Positions 29,382 through 39,379 of a DNA stretch of 64,000 bases are shown piece by piece. The notes below the pieces were generated by a model, which did no database searches, was not told the origin of the DNA, and saw only the letters and a program-made list of their open reading frames with translations. The DNA is taken from positions 1,681-65,680 of the forward strand of contig CAZDTP010000004.1 of NCBI GenBank assembly GCA_964508365.1, in the 5' to 3' direction. How positions within the stretch are numbered: the stretch's first letter is position 1; every line of letters starts with the position of its first letter. The stretch comes from an uncultured archaeon. Lineage in GTDB: Archaea; Asgardarchaeota; Lokiarchaeia; Sigyniarchaeales; SOKP01. A program made the translations under genes and the position numbers.

Positions 29382-29819
29382 ATGACAAAATACGCATACT
29401 GCAAGATTTGTGATAAAGAAGTAGATAACCCTGCTAGAAAGCCAATGGAGACATTTCAAAAAGTAATCTGGGTTATTTTATCAATAGCGACGGTCGGAGT
29501 CGCTTTGATAATTTATGCTATTGTTTATGCGAATAGGAAGAAGATACATTGTCCTACATGTCGATCAAAAGTAGAATTTTCAAGCAAACCACATGCAAAA
29601 CCAGAAGAAGAAAAGGAACCCTTGACTCAAAGGGAAAGAGTCCTTAAAAAAGCTGGTAAAGCTAAGGAGAAGAAAATTAAATCAGAAAAAGATGCGTCAT
29701 TAGAAGTCTCAGAAGAAGCTGAAAAAGAACAGAAATTTTGCCCTTATTGTGGTGAGGACATCGATGCGGGGATTAGTAAGTGTCCATATTGCCATTCAAC
29801 TCTGAAAACGCCTTATTAA
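29382..29819 (+). CDS. LITAF-like zinc domain (CxxC-hydrophobic-HCxxC) + C-terminal zinc ribbon
   Basis: CKIC, ~25-aa hydrophobic stretch, IHCPTC; C-terminal FCPYCG...CPYC. Confidence 0.7.
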   Translation: MTKYAYCKICDKEVDNPARKPMETFQKVIWVILSIATVGVALIIYAIVYANRKKIHCPTCRSKVEFSSKPHAKPEEEKEPLTQRERVLKKAGKAKEKKIKSEKDASLEVSEEAEKEQKFCPYCGEDIDAGISKCPYCHSTLKTPY

Positions 29820-29938
29820 TTTCAATTTTTAGGATCTTATCAATCACATAATATTTAAATAAGTAAACTATTCAAATAAACTAAAATAGAAATATTATAA
29901 TAAAATTTGAAAATCTAATATAATAAGAGGAATTGAAA

Positions 29939-30709
29939 ATGCCAAGAAAAGCTCGAAAAGAACCTACGAGAGCGCCTGATCCATTAGATCAGTATAGTAC
30001 ATGGGATTTACGCATTGCTAAATTGATTTATTACTCGATAATCTTAGCTTCTGCTATAACGATTTTAGGTATATGGTTAACAATAATAGGGTGGTTAGTA
30101 GAAACAGGCAGATGGGATATAGTTGTTAGTTGGGGGCTAGGTGCTGGGGCTCTTATTATTGTTGGAATAATAGTCCTCCATCTTTTCTTACTTGTACTTT
30201 TCTATGTGTTATTCAGAGGAGGAATATTAAAGCTATGCCAACGATTATTCAAGGACAGAGTGCTAGCTAAAAAATACGAAGATTACACTACTCTTAGACT
30301 CTTAATAGCAGTGACTCTCGTTAGCGTATACTTGTTTCTAATTACTCTCGCATTAGTAATTTTACCATCAATTTTTTGGAGTTTTGTAGCATATATGATC
30401 AGCTATATTTGGGATCATTTTAATCCCGGAGAATGGGTTCTATTTGTTGGAGTCGTCTTCTTCATAATCGTAGTTCTTGTATACTTAGGATTTGCACTTT
30501 GGAATCATGGAGTATTCGCAGTACTTAAACGCGTTAAACGAATAGAAGAGGAATATGAAGTCGAAGAAGAAATAAAGAGAGACGAATTAAAAGGAGCCGA
30601 TGAAGAAACTCTCCAAAAACTATACAACAAACAAACGGGTAAAAAAGCTATTTATCGAGGAAAAGAAACGAAAGGATATATAAGTTGGAAAAGAAGTATG
30701 CTTTCCTAA
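29939..30709 (+). CDS. Hypothetical multi-pass membrane protein
   Basis: About 4 TM segments and a charged tail; ATG at 29939. Confidence 0.75.
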   Translation: MPRKARKEPTRAPDPLDQYSTWDLRIAKLIYYSIILASAITILGIWLTIIGWLVETGRWDIVVSWGLGAGALIIVGIIVLHLFLLVLFYVLFRGGILKLCQRLFKDRVLAKKYEDYTTLRLLIAVTLVSVYLFLITLALVILPSIFWSFVAYMISYIWDHFNPGEWVLFVGVVFFIIVVLVYLGFALWNHGVFAVLKRVKRIEEEYEVEEEIKRDELKGADEETLQKLYNKQTGKKAIYRGKETKGYISWKRSMLS

Positions 30710-30796
30710 AAAATTAAGAAATAAAAAAATTTTTTAAAATTATTTTTTTTATCAATAATCTTGAAGATTATCAGACATCTCTAAATACTGTAAAAG

Positions 30797-31720
30797 TTAA
30801 CGCCTCATCATTCTTGGGTTGCGGAATAGGTCCATTTCACTCTTAGGCGGCTTGTAATCAGAAGTACCGGTAGATTTCATCTTTTTATATAAGCTCTTAA
30901 TAATTTTCTTAGCACCGTCCATAAAATTACATGCACATCCAAACAAAATCATATACCGCATGAAAGTTTTATCTTTAGCGTAATCTTCGTCGTATATTTC
31001 AATTTCGTATTCTTTTTGTATAGGGTGCCCGTCAACTCTTGCAATTAATTTCTTACCGAGATACATTTTATAATTTCTGCCCGGACCAACAACTCCTTTA
31101 GCTAAGATCATTTGAAGTTTATCATCTTTTTCTTCTGGAAGGAGAGGGAATGTCCAACGAGTACCAATGAATCTCCAACCCCTCACGAATCGAACTAAAA
31201 CTTTAACACCTGGAATTTGAGCGTAGAAAACTGGAGCTGGGTGTTTTATTTCATAACTTTGAATAAGAGAATGAGTTATGCTTAGCTCAACACCTCCTTT
31301 AAAGTTCCCACCCTTGGCTTTAGAATCCATAGTTTCTTCCATTATGGTAAAATATCTGCAAACAAGCCTCTTTTCCTCGAGTGGGCTTTCTTCCCATTGT
31401 TCTTTATTAAAAGCAATAATACTCTTCTTTTCACCGTCAATTGATATGACACCTTCGATATCAAAACTTTTAGAGAACCATCGCGTTTTCGCAGTATACT
31501 TTAATTGCTGATGTACTCCTAACTCCTCATCGTGTAGCCGAGTCCTCCAAAAATTAATTTTCATTTTTTTAAAAACAATTTTTTTAGAAGGTGTTTTAGG
31601 AAGATCGCCTGGTTTTATTGTTGCTTCTTTCTTAGATGTTGCCTTCTTCTTTGTGGGAGTAGTTCTTGCTTTCTCGCGTTTTTTAATAGTTTTCTTATCT
31701 TCTTCTGGATCTTGTTCCAT
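30797..31720 (-). CDS. Hypothetical protein, possibly Tubby-C/LURP/scramblase-like beta-barrel
   Basis: Lys-rich N-tail, beta-strand-rich core, C-terminal IARVDG..Y.I.I..+hydrophobic helix pattern; fold guess is weak. Confidence 0.6.
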   Translation of the reverse strand: MEQDPEEDKKTIKKREKARTTPTKKKATSKKEATIKPGDLPKTPSKKIVFKKMKINFWRTRLHDEELGVHQQLKYTAKTRWFSKSFDIEGVISIDGEKKSIIAFNKEQWEESPLEEKRLVCRYFTIMEETMDSKAKGGNFKGGVELSITHSLIQSYEIKHPAPVFYAQIPGVKVLVRFVRGWRFIGTRWTFPLLPEEKDDKLQMILAKGVVGPGRNYKMYLGKKLIARVDGHPIQKEYEIEIYDEDYAKDKTFMRYMILFGCACNFMDGAKKIIKSLYKKMKSTGTSDYKPPKSEMDLFRNPRMMRR

Positions 31721-31840
31721 AAATAATCACTTTTGATTAGAATCTTTTTTTATAAATAAAATTTCTTAGTAATAATAATATGATTTGCGGTTAAAAATTT
31801 TATTCACTTTATACTAAAATAAATTCAAAATAAGTTGAAG

Positions 31841-34075
31841 TTAAGGTTCAAAAGTGCACCGATCTGTATCACAAAATTTCTCGCCGATTGCCCTATCTTT
31901 TGTTTCATCTAAAAATAAAGGTTTTATTTTAGAAATCATTTCTTCGTATTTCTCCTGCGAAATTTCTTCGTAAGGCGCCTGTTTGTATCCGTGCTCTTTT
32001 ATTGGCAAGAAACTCGCGCTTTTTAGCTTATCTTCAAAGCATTCAAGAACATGTTTGATCTGATCTGCTTCATGTTGCTGAAATGTAATTGTAATAGACA
32101 CTTGGTTGTCAGACCAATATTTCTGATAATCTGCTGCATTTTGTGCTTGCTCCCATATAGAAACATCATTTTTAGAACGAACGAAATATTTTTCGTGTAC
32201 AGGAAATTCTACTACAATGGTATTGGGGGAATAAAGATCATCTTCAACAAAATATCCTGCCTTCTTTATAGGTGTTATCAAGTCTGAATTCTTAGAAATA
32301 CGTATCCGTCTAATATAATACTCAGAATGAGGGTAATGGATTCCAGGAGGGACACCTGGAAGGAGGCTTACCGTTCCACTCGGTTTAACAGTTGTTATTT
32401 TAATACTTTTTGGAATGCAAAGCCAACCAGAATATTGTTCGTCTAAAGCCTGAAGATATTCATATCCTTTATTAGACCATTCCAACATTGTTCTCCTGCC
32501 GTTTTTAACAAAAGCCTCAATTATTCCTGTTTGTGAAATTCCCATTCTTCTATTTTTAAGCATTACTGCGTTGGTTTCTTGCCAATGAGTGTTAACGAGG
32601 GTTACGGACTTAGAATAGAGATAAGCGAACTTCAATGTCTCTTGAAACTCCTCATACGAATCGTGGCGTGATGGAAAGCTTTCTACAAGGCAACAAAGTT
32701 CGAAGCTTTCGAGTGTCTGTTCTCCACAAGGATTTACGCCAGCAGCTTTCTTATCTTTATAATCTGGCTTATCTCCCATTCGGGAATACGCCTTTGCGTT
32801 ATCCAACCAAAAAATTCCAGGTTCTCCATTTACTGCAATTTGATCAGCAATAAAGGAATAATCTAATCCCTTAACAGCAAAAACACTATTATTACTTGCC
32901 CATCGATGAGAATAAAGTTTTTTTTCGTCTTGTTTAGAGGTTATGAAATCCAAATCAGTAGCATCTCCAAGAGCAATTTCAGCGCTCCTCCTAACATTTC
33001 CTGCTACGACACATTTTCCAATTAAATTCATGATGTCTAAAATATCGATGGAAGTTATATGTTTACTTATTTTAGCCTCAAGAATTTTCTGAACGCTTTC
33101 TAGCATTTCCTTTAATGGAGCTGGACCGCTAGCAATTCCTCCAAAACCTCGAATGGGTTCACCCGCAGATCTTATTAAGCTATAATCAAAAACAGGGAGC
33201 TGTTTCCCTAAAAAAAACGCTTCTAGAACTATTCGAAGTGCTTCTACCCAACCTTCTCTACTGTCAGGAATCTTAATATCAGCAGTACCTTCTTGAGGTT
33301 TCTTAATAGTTATTTTTCCCGCACCTTTTGTATCGAACCCTACACCAACACCTAACATTAGAGCATCCATTACAAACTCGAATGCTTTTGAGTATTTCAA
33401 ATCAATATCTTCAGTAGAAGCAAAGCCACAATTATTCAACGACATTGACCCATGCCGGGCAATAAATTCAGTGCCCATCATCCAAAGACCTCTTCCAGGA
33501 GGTAAGAACTTAAAATCCCATATTTTCTGGTACATGGTCTGAGCTGATCTTTGAGCTTTTGAATCGCTCCAAGGCAGGCTTAACGTCATACAATGTTCCT
33601 TTTGTATCGAATAGCAACCTTCAACGACCCTTCTAATAGTTTCCCAAAACTCCTCTTTCCTCCCTTCTTTTTCAATAAATCGGGCATATGTTCTTTTATA
33701 TGTAATGTATCCTAATGGCCCCCAATCTGGTTGTTTCCCTTTGATTTTATTAATAAAATCTTCGTCTAATTTAAATGAGATGCTTTCTAAATTGATAGCA
33801 CGAGCAAATAAATTTCGATATTTATTCAAACCTCGTTGAGTTAGTTCTACACACACTAATTCCCTTATGTGGTTAGTAGTTATTTCATCAATACCAAGTC
33901 CAATTATTTTACGCACGACATCCTCTGTAACTTTCTCTGCGATGTGTATGTCAAGCCCTGTTTCCTTATTTAAAACCTTAGCAATACTGGAAACATCAAA
34001 CTCTTTTTTTTCACCTTTAGAGTTAATTACATGCTTAGGATATAAATCTACTAACGAAAACGAATTATCGGTCAT
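31841..34075 (-). CDS. nrdJ: Class II (B12-dependent) ribonucleotide reductase with N-terminal ATP cone
   Basis: PPGRGLW, NNC, VVAGNVRRSAEIALG, NPCGEQ (radical Cys), TTVKPSGT, C-terminal CDTDRC; N-terminal VINSKGEKKEFD cone. Confidence 0.92.
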   Translation of the reverse strand: MTDNSFSLVDLYPKHVINSKGEKKEFDVSSIAKVLNKETGLDIHIAEKVTEDVVRKIIGLGIDEITTNHIRELVCVELTQRGLNKYRNLFARAINLESISFKLDEDFINKIKGKQPDWGPLGYITYKRTYARFIEKEGRKEEFWETIRRVVEGCYSIQKEHCMTLSLPWSDSKAQRSAQTMYQKIWDFKFLPPGRGLWMMGTEFIARHGSMSLNNCGFASTEDIDLKYSKAFEFVMDALMLGVGVGFDTKGAGKITIKKPQEGTADIKIPDSREGWVEALRIVLEAFFLGKQLPVFDYSLIRSAGEPIRGFGGIASGPAPLKEMLESVQKILEAKISKHITSIDILDIMNLIGKCVVAGNVRRSAEIALGDATDLDFITSKQDEKKLYSHRWASNNSVFAVKGLDYSFIADQIAVNGEPGIFWLDNAKAYSRMGDKPDYKDKKAAGVNPCGEQTLESFELCCLVESFPSRHDSYEEFQETLKFAYLYSKSVTLVNTHWQETNAVMLKNRRMGISQTGIIEAFVKNGRRTMLEWSNKGYEYLQALDEQYSGWLCIPKSIKITTVKPSGTVSLLPGVPPGIHYPHSEYYIRRIRISKNSDLITPIKKAGYFVEDDLYSPNTIVVEFPVHEKYFVRSKNDVSIWEQAQNAADYQKYWSDNQVSITITFQQHEADQIKHVLECFEDKLKSASFLPIKEHGYKQAPYEEISQEKYEEMISKIKPLFLDETKDRAIGEKFCDTDRCTFEP

Positions 34076-34380
34076 TCTATTCCTCCAAATTTGATCACAA
34101 AAAATGCCTTTTAATTTTATCGGGTTTTTTAACTAATTGATGTTTTATATGCCTTAACCTAATTTTAATTTAAAGTTTTAATACAATATATAATTATTCT
34201 TTGAAATATATTAAGTGATTGATGAATCTTATGAACTATTATTTTAGTCAATCTCATATGATAATGGATTATTTATACATTAAATTATATCTAGTTAGAT
34301 TCAAAAAGTCATTATTTTTTAATGTCGAAATTATGTCGAGATATTAATAAATTGATTTTATTTAAGGAAAAAAAAGATTA

Positions 34381-34398
34381 TTGATTTTATAAAATCAA
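34381..34398. repeat. Perfect 18-bp palindrome TTGATTTTATAAAATCAA
   Basis: Equals its own reverse complement; lies in the AT-rich intergenic region upstream of nrdJ. Confidence 0.9.
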
Positions 34399-34463
34399 CT
34401 TATTTAATAAATATTAAATTTATTTCACGTGGACACTTAATAATCAGTAAATATTTGTATAGT

Positions 34464-34595
34464 ATGAATGGTGAATCGAATTTGATATTTGAGATACTCC
34501 ATTCAATATTAGAGTTATTTCTTATTATGTTCTTAGTATTTATTGTTGGTACTTTAAAGAAAGACAACTCGATAAGATATTTTTTTTATGGATAA
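34464..34595 (+). CDS. Possible 43-aa single-TM small protein
   Basis: Hand-translated MNGESNLIFEILHSILELFLIMFLVFIVGTLKKDNSIRYFFYG; no clear SD. Confidence 0.3.
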   Translation: MNGESNLIFEILHSILELFLIMFLVFIVGTLKKDNSIRYFFYG

Positions 34596-34607
34596 GAATT
34601 TTTTTTA

Positions 34608-36230
34608 TTATTTTGAATATTTTATAACATATAAGGGCCATTTTTTGAGAATTCCTTTAGGAATTTTACCAGTTCTTACTTTTTTTGTCATAACTGATCG
34701 ATCTTCAATGAAAGTTACAGGTTTTTCAGATATAAATTCCAACTTTATTGGTAGATTATCTTTGAATTTATCTCTGATACATTCTATAATTTCAGGATTA
34801 TCTAAGGATAGAGAATTATTAAAGAGGGGTAAATATAGCGTTTTTCCTTCTAAATTGCCCTTACTCATTAATAATAAGAGGGAGTCAATTAAATTATAAT
34901 ACACATCATTTATACATTCTAAAATTTCACGAGGTTTACGAAACTTAAAACCAGGAATGTTAAAATAATCTCCAACCAAAACCTCGTATTTTTGAGGGAG
35001 ATCAATTTTTTGAGAAATTATTATGGGATAATTTAATACAAAACTATCTCTTAAAATATTTCCATCAATGAGAGGAATTCCTTCTTGGGATTTGATATTA
35101 ATAACATCACCAGTATCAATATTAACTAATGGATTATTTTTCTCCATTCTAGTCATCAAAAGCCTTCCCATTTTTTCTTTAGAATATGATATTATTTCTT
35201 TATTTCCTTTTTTTTCTAAAACGGGCAATGAAAGAGGTAGAATATACATTTGGTTTAATCTTGAAATCTCAAAATTGCCCAAACTCGATGCTATTGCTCC
35301 TACTTCTGATGCTACATATAAGTTTGTGAACTTTTCAGACCCTTTCTTCCAGTTCATAAACTTTCTTATTAATATCCAATCTTTCTCTGAAAGTGAACTA
35401 ATACTGAATACAATAGTAGCATTTCTCAATTTTTCAGACAATTTCAATTGTATTATTTCTGCAGCATTCGTTAAACTATTGGTTTTTATTATTTTTAATA
35501 AACTTTCTAATTGAGGATCGTTAATATCATTGATTGATTTAACAGACCTATTAATCGCTGTCTTAAATTTATTGATGTCTGCCCACTTCAATATCGTTGT
35601 AGCAGGAGCAGACAAAACTGCGATATCTTCTAAATTTAAAATTTTAGAAATTACATCTATATTTGTAGCATTTTTATATTCGAAAAATGAATACGAATGT
35701 GGTTTAATCATTGATAACATAATTCTCTGTGAAAATTCAGATGAATACAAAGAGATGTATTTTTTCCCATTTACTTCTTTAAGTCCATCAAATTCTAATC
35801 TTGAGGGGACAAAAATAACCGCAGAATTGGTTTTTTTTAAGCCACTCGATTCGAATATAGCTTTCATACCAGGAGCCCAGTGTCTCTTTACATTTGAAAA
35901 AGTCATTTGATACCATTTTAATGCAGATAATCTACTATCTGTTGTTCCCGATGTGTGACATATTATGAAAGGCTCTCCATTTGGAGCTTGATTCAGTAAA
36001 GTCTCTAAACTGATGGAAAAACTGCTAGATTTAATTTTTTCACTTTTGATTTTTGCAAAAATGTCTTCCACATTATCAAGACCTGAGTTTTTCAAAACTT
36101 GATTCAAGTAGTCTTGTTTTGAATTAATGTTTAACCAATTACTCCATTTAATTGTATGGAGTTCAGAATATAATTCATTAATTATTTTCTGGATTTTTTT
36201 ATCGATATCGAATATAGGCATTTTCAACAA
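34608..36230 (-). CDS. Divergent adenylate-forming (ANL/GH3-like) enzyme
   Basis: P-loop-like HTSGTT, YVASEVG and DTGD occur in ANL motif order A3/A5/A7. Confidence 0.65.
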   Translation of the reverse strand: MLKMPIFDIDKKIQKIINELYSELHTIKWSNWLNINSKQDYLNQVLKNSGLDNVEDIFAKIKSEKIKSSSFSISLETLLNQAPNGEPFIICHTSGTTDSRLSALKWYQMTFSNVKRHWAPGMKAIFESSGLKKTNSAVIFVPSRLEFDGLKEVNGKKYISLYSSEFSQRIMLSMIKPHSYSFFEYKNATNIDVISKILNLEDIAVLSAPATTILKWADINKFKTAINRSVKSINDINDPQLESLLKIIKTNSLTNAAEIIQLKLSEKLRNATIVFSISSLSEKDWILIRKFMNWKKGSEKFTNLYVASEVGAIASSLGNFEISRLNQMYILPLSLPVLEKKGNKEIISYSKEKMGRLLMTRMEKNNPLVNIDTGDVINIKSQEGIPLIDGNILRDSFVLNYPIIISQKIDLPQKYEVLVGDYFNIPGFKFRKPREILECINDVYYNLIDSLLLLMSKGNLEGKTLYLPLFNNSLSLDNPEIIECIRDKFKDNLPIKLEFISEKPVTFIEDRSVMTKKVRTGKIPKGILKKWPLYVIKYSK

Positions 36231-36276
36231 TAAAAATAAAAGAAAACATGTTTTTTTAAACTGTAGTTTAAACCAT

Positions 36277-36807
36277 TCATATTATTCCATACATTCCACT
36301 TTCAGAATCTAAGAAAATTGGGAGGTTTGGAGGAAAATATGTGAAAATTATAAATAATAAACCTAATGTTATGAATATTATCCAAGAAACATAACTAACC
36401 CATTTAGCCTTCTCTCCTAATGACATAACTTTAGCACTTACATATTGACCAATAAAAACTCCGATAATAAAACTTAGGATATCAATTATTAATAGTTCAA
36501 CTCCTAGAATAGCTGTGTAAGTATAAAAGGTTATTAATATTACACTTAAATCAATTGAAATGGCTAAGGTCTTTGCAAATATCAAATTATTTGAATCTAC
36601 TTTGATAAATTTAAGTTCTAATAAAGAGTAGATTATTAATGGCCAGTATGGTAACTTCAAGTGCTCCCATACGCTCTCATTTACCGGAAAGATACCACCT
36701 ATGGGAGGCCAACTCCCTAACCACTCAAACATAAAATGGAATAATGCTCCTACAATGCTAATAAAAATGGCACCAAAAATTTCCCACTTTAATAATTTTT
36801 TATTCAT
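36277..36807 (-). CDS. DUF6512-like membrane protein
   Basis: HFMFEW, PVNESVWEHLKL motif and several TMs. Confidence 0.7.
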   Translation of the reverse strand: MNKKLLKWEIFGAIFISIVGALFHFMFEWLGSWPPIGGIFPVNESVWEHLKLPYWPLIIYSLLELKFIKVDSNNLIFAKTLAISIDLSVILITFYTYTAILGVELLIIDILSFIIGVFIGQYVSAKVMSLGEKAKWVSYVSWIIFITLGLLFIIFTYFPPNLPIFLDSESGMYGII

Positions 36808-36972
36808 TTTCTCTCAATATTTTAATGGAATAAAACCAAATTAGAATTATAATGATTCTGATTATGAATTATAACGAGAATAGGTAAATGAATTTTTTTG
36901 TTATAGGTGAATTTTATTATTTTTTTATCAAACAAATATGTGAAAAGAAGAATCTTATAAAATTCTGTTATA

Positions 36973-37372
36973 TCATATTTCTATTTCAGTGTCACGAAAA
37001 TATTTAAGCTTCTTATAAAGGGATTTTTCTTTCTCAAAGCCCAATCGAAACTTGTCAATTCTTGGGCAATTAGTATCAAATCCACATCATTTTTTATCCA
37101 AATCATGGATTAAAGGATAATATATACATCCTTTTTGATGTAGTTCGTAGATTTTACATAGTTTGGTCTTTATATCTAAAAAATACAATGCCCTTCTACT
37201 TTAATGATTTGACAAAATCCCTCATTATTTAATTTAACAATTTTATCTTTCTTTAGATTTGTCTCAAAGTCCTTAATAATCAAGAATAGATCATTTTCAG
37301 ATAGAATAATTTCAGTTTCTAAGCAGATTTGCCAAAATCTTTACAAAGATTAATTTTTAAATGTTTTCCCAT
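36973..37372 (-). pseudogene. Decayed YkgJ/CxxCxxCC Fe/Zn-chelating paralogue
   Basis: Aligns by eye to 42991-43389 (CKDFGKICLETE; CKIYE...GCIYYPLI..LDKK*C.FD..CP); frameshift near 37190 and in-frame TGA at 37087-37089. Confidence 0.75.
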
Positions 37373-37481
37373 TGTTTAAATTAATAATTAAACCTCTTCC
37401 TTTTTAAATCCGTTAGATTTTAATTAGTTTATGACTTAAGATTTTTTAAAATAAATGATAATCTAAGAAACCATCAAAATT

Positions 37482-38393
37482 ATGACTGTTGAAGTTGAAG
37501 AATTAGATTCTGCTGACTCTAAAGAATCAAAAGAAGAAGTCACTAAAGAAAAAATTAAACTCCAATTTCATTGGTATTTGAGCATACTCTTTATAATTTA
37601 TTACTTATCTTATATCGTCTCTGGAGTCATTTTTCTGAGTTATATTATTTTTATATTTATTCCAAATGTCTTGTTAGTAGATAACCTCATTACGATATTC
37701 ACTAATCTTAAATCATTATTGGCTTTTTTAGCTTTACCTTTAGTTATTATGGTTAGTTATTTATCTCGCTTATTTATCACAGGATTGATAACTCGAATTT
37801 TCTGGAGATTAACTGAGAAAAGAAGCCCGACGAAAGATGGTATAATTCCACGAAATATCCCTTCCAAAACAGCTAATTATTACCATATAAGATCATTTAT
37901 GATAAAATATGGAAAAAACGCATTTATGAAAGGAGTGTTCCCGTGGCTGGCACCCTGGTTCTTTAATTATGTGGGAACTGGAATTATTAAAAGGGGCTCT
38001 ACATTAGAAGAATCCGTTGTTACAGATAAAAATATAAATGTCGGAAAAAATTGCTATGTTGGTTGCAATTCTGCATTATCCTCTCACTTTGTTGAAGGAA
38101 TATTTGGCAATATCGTCTATTTCGAAATCAAATTGGGAGAAAACACCACGCTCGGAGGATTTAACAATATTGCACCTGGATGTGAGCTAAGCGATAACTC
38201 ATACCTTTTACCAATGGCGGCTGCAACAAAACATAATACAACTAAAGGAGATAATTATTACTTTGGCATGCCCTTACGTCGTATTTTTAAGAAAAAGGTT
38301 ATGGATTACTTAAAAGTGAGTGAACAGGATTTATCTCGAGCTGAAGAATTAAGAATTAAACAAGAAAAAAAAAAATTAGAAAGACTAAATTGA
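37482..38393 (+). CDS. 2-TM + left-handed beta-helix protein (paralogue A1)
   Basis: Two TM helices, then hexapeptide-like turns (INVGKNCYVG, IKLGENTTLG), SHFVEG and YFGMP. Confidence 0.8.
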   Translation: MTVEVEELDSADSKESKEEVTKEKIKLQFHWYLSILFIIYYLSYIVSGVIFLSYIIFIFIPNVLLVDNLITIFTNLKSLLAFLALPLVIMVSYLSRLFITGLITRIFWRLTEKRSPTKDGIIPRNIPSKTANYYHIRSFMIKYGKNAFMKGVFPWLAPWFFNYVGTGIIKRGSTLEESVVTDKNINVGKNCYVGCNSALSSHFVEGIFGNIVYFEIKLGENTTLGGFNNIAPGCELSDNSYLLPMAAATKHNTTKGDNYYFGMPLRRIFKKKVMDYLKVSEQDLSRAEELRIKQEKKKLERLN

Positions 38394-38440
38394 GCGATTT
38401 AGTAATATTTTAATTGAAATGGAGAGGAATTTATTAGATT

Positions 38441-39361
38441 TTGATTGAAGATACAAGTGATTCTGGACCTGAACTTCAACGGGAAATAGTTCAATTCCAG
38501 TATCAGAAATACATAGCCTTCTTCTTTTTTATTTATATAGGTTCTTATTTAGCGCCAGTCATAGCTCTAATGTTTTACCTTTTCTTAATTTTAAAACCCT
38601 TATTCTTAGAGGTAGACAGTTTTATTGTTATACTCACTAGTTTTGATTCTTTGATTATTTTTTTAACCCTCCCACTTGTAGTTGTTTTCTTCTATTTATC
38701 TCACCTATTTTTCTTAGGAATTTTTACACGAATTTCATGGAGATTTACAGAGAAGAGATCTCCGACTAAAGACGGGATAATTCCTCGTGATATTCTTTCA
38801 AAAACAGCAGATTACTACCACTACAGAAGTTTTATGATTAAATACGGCAAGAATGCTTTCATGAAAGGAATTTTCCCTTGGTTGGCAAATTGGTTTTTTA
38901 ACTTTGTTAAATCAAGCAAAATTGGAAGCGGATCCACCCTTGAAGAATCTGTAGGTAATGATAGACATATTGATGTTGGAAGAAATTGTTATATTGGAGT
39001 GAATTCCATATTAGCTTCTCATGTTGTTGAAGGTATTTTTGGTAACATCGTCTATTTTAAAGTAACAGTAAAAGATAATGCAACGCTCGGAGGTTTTAAT
39101 ACCATAGCTCCTGGGTGCGAGTTAAGCGAACATTCTTATTTATTGCCAATGGCTGCAGCAACAAAATTTAATACAACTAAGGGAAATAATTACTATTATG
39201 GTATCCCTTTTAGGCGGATCTTCAAAAAGAAGCTAATGGAATACATAAAAGTTAGTGAAGATGACTTGAATAGGGCAGAAGAACTAAGAATTAGGCAAGT
39301 AAACGCGAAACTCAACAGTTCAAATAAAGAAGAAATAAACAATAAAGAAAAACTAAATTAA
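38441..39361 (+). CDS. 2-TM + left-handed beta-helix protein (paralogue A2)
   Basis: Close paralogue of A1 (EKRSPTKDGIIPR, RSFMIKYGKNAFMKG, SHVVEGIFGNIVYF). Confidence 0.8.
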   Translation: MIEDTSDSGPELQREIVQFQYQKYIAFFFFIYIGSYLAPVIALMFYLFLILKPLFLEVDSFIVILTSFDSLIIFLTLPLVVVFFYLSHLFFLGIFTRISWRFTEKRSPTKDGIIPRDILSKTADYYHYRSFMIKYGKNAFMKGIFPWLANWFFNFVKSSKIGSGSTLEESVGNDRHIDVGRNCYIGVNSILASHVVEGIFGNIVYFKVTVKDNATLGGFNTIAPGCELSEHSYLLPMAAATKFNTTKGNNYYYGIPFRRIFKKKLMEYIKVSEDDLNRAEELRIRQVNAKLNSSNKEEINNKEKLN

Positions 39362-39379
39362 AGACATATGTGAAATAAA

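Noticed and set aside
34181-34197. NrdR-box-like ATACAATATATAAT upstream of nrdJ
   Set aside because: Misses the conserved G, is single, and is indistinguishable from a TATA-like AT tract
37087-37089. In-frame TGA as selenocysteine (also TGA at 53288-53290)
   Set aside because: They align to Gln and Arg rather than Cys, and each ORF has additional lesions
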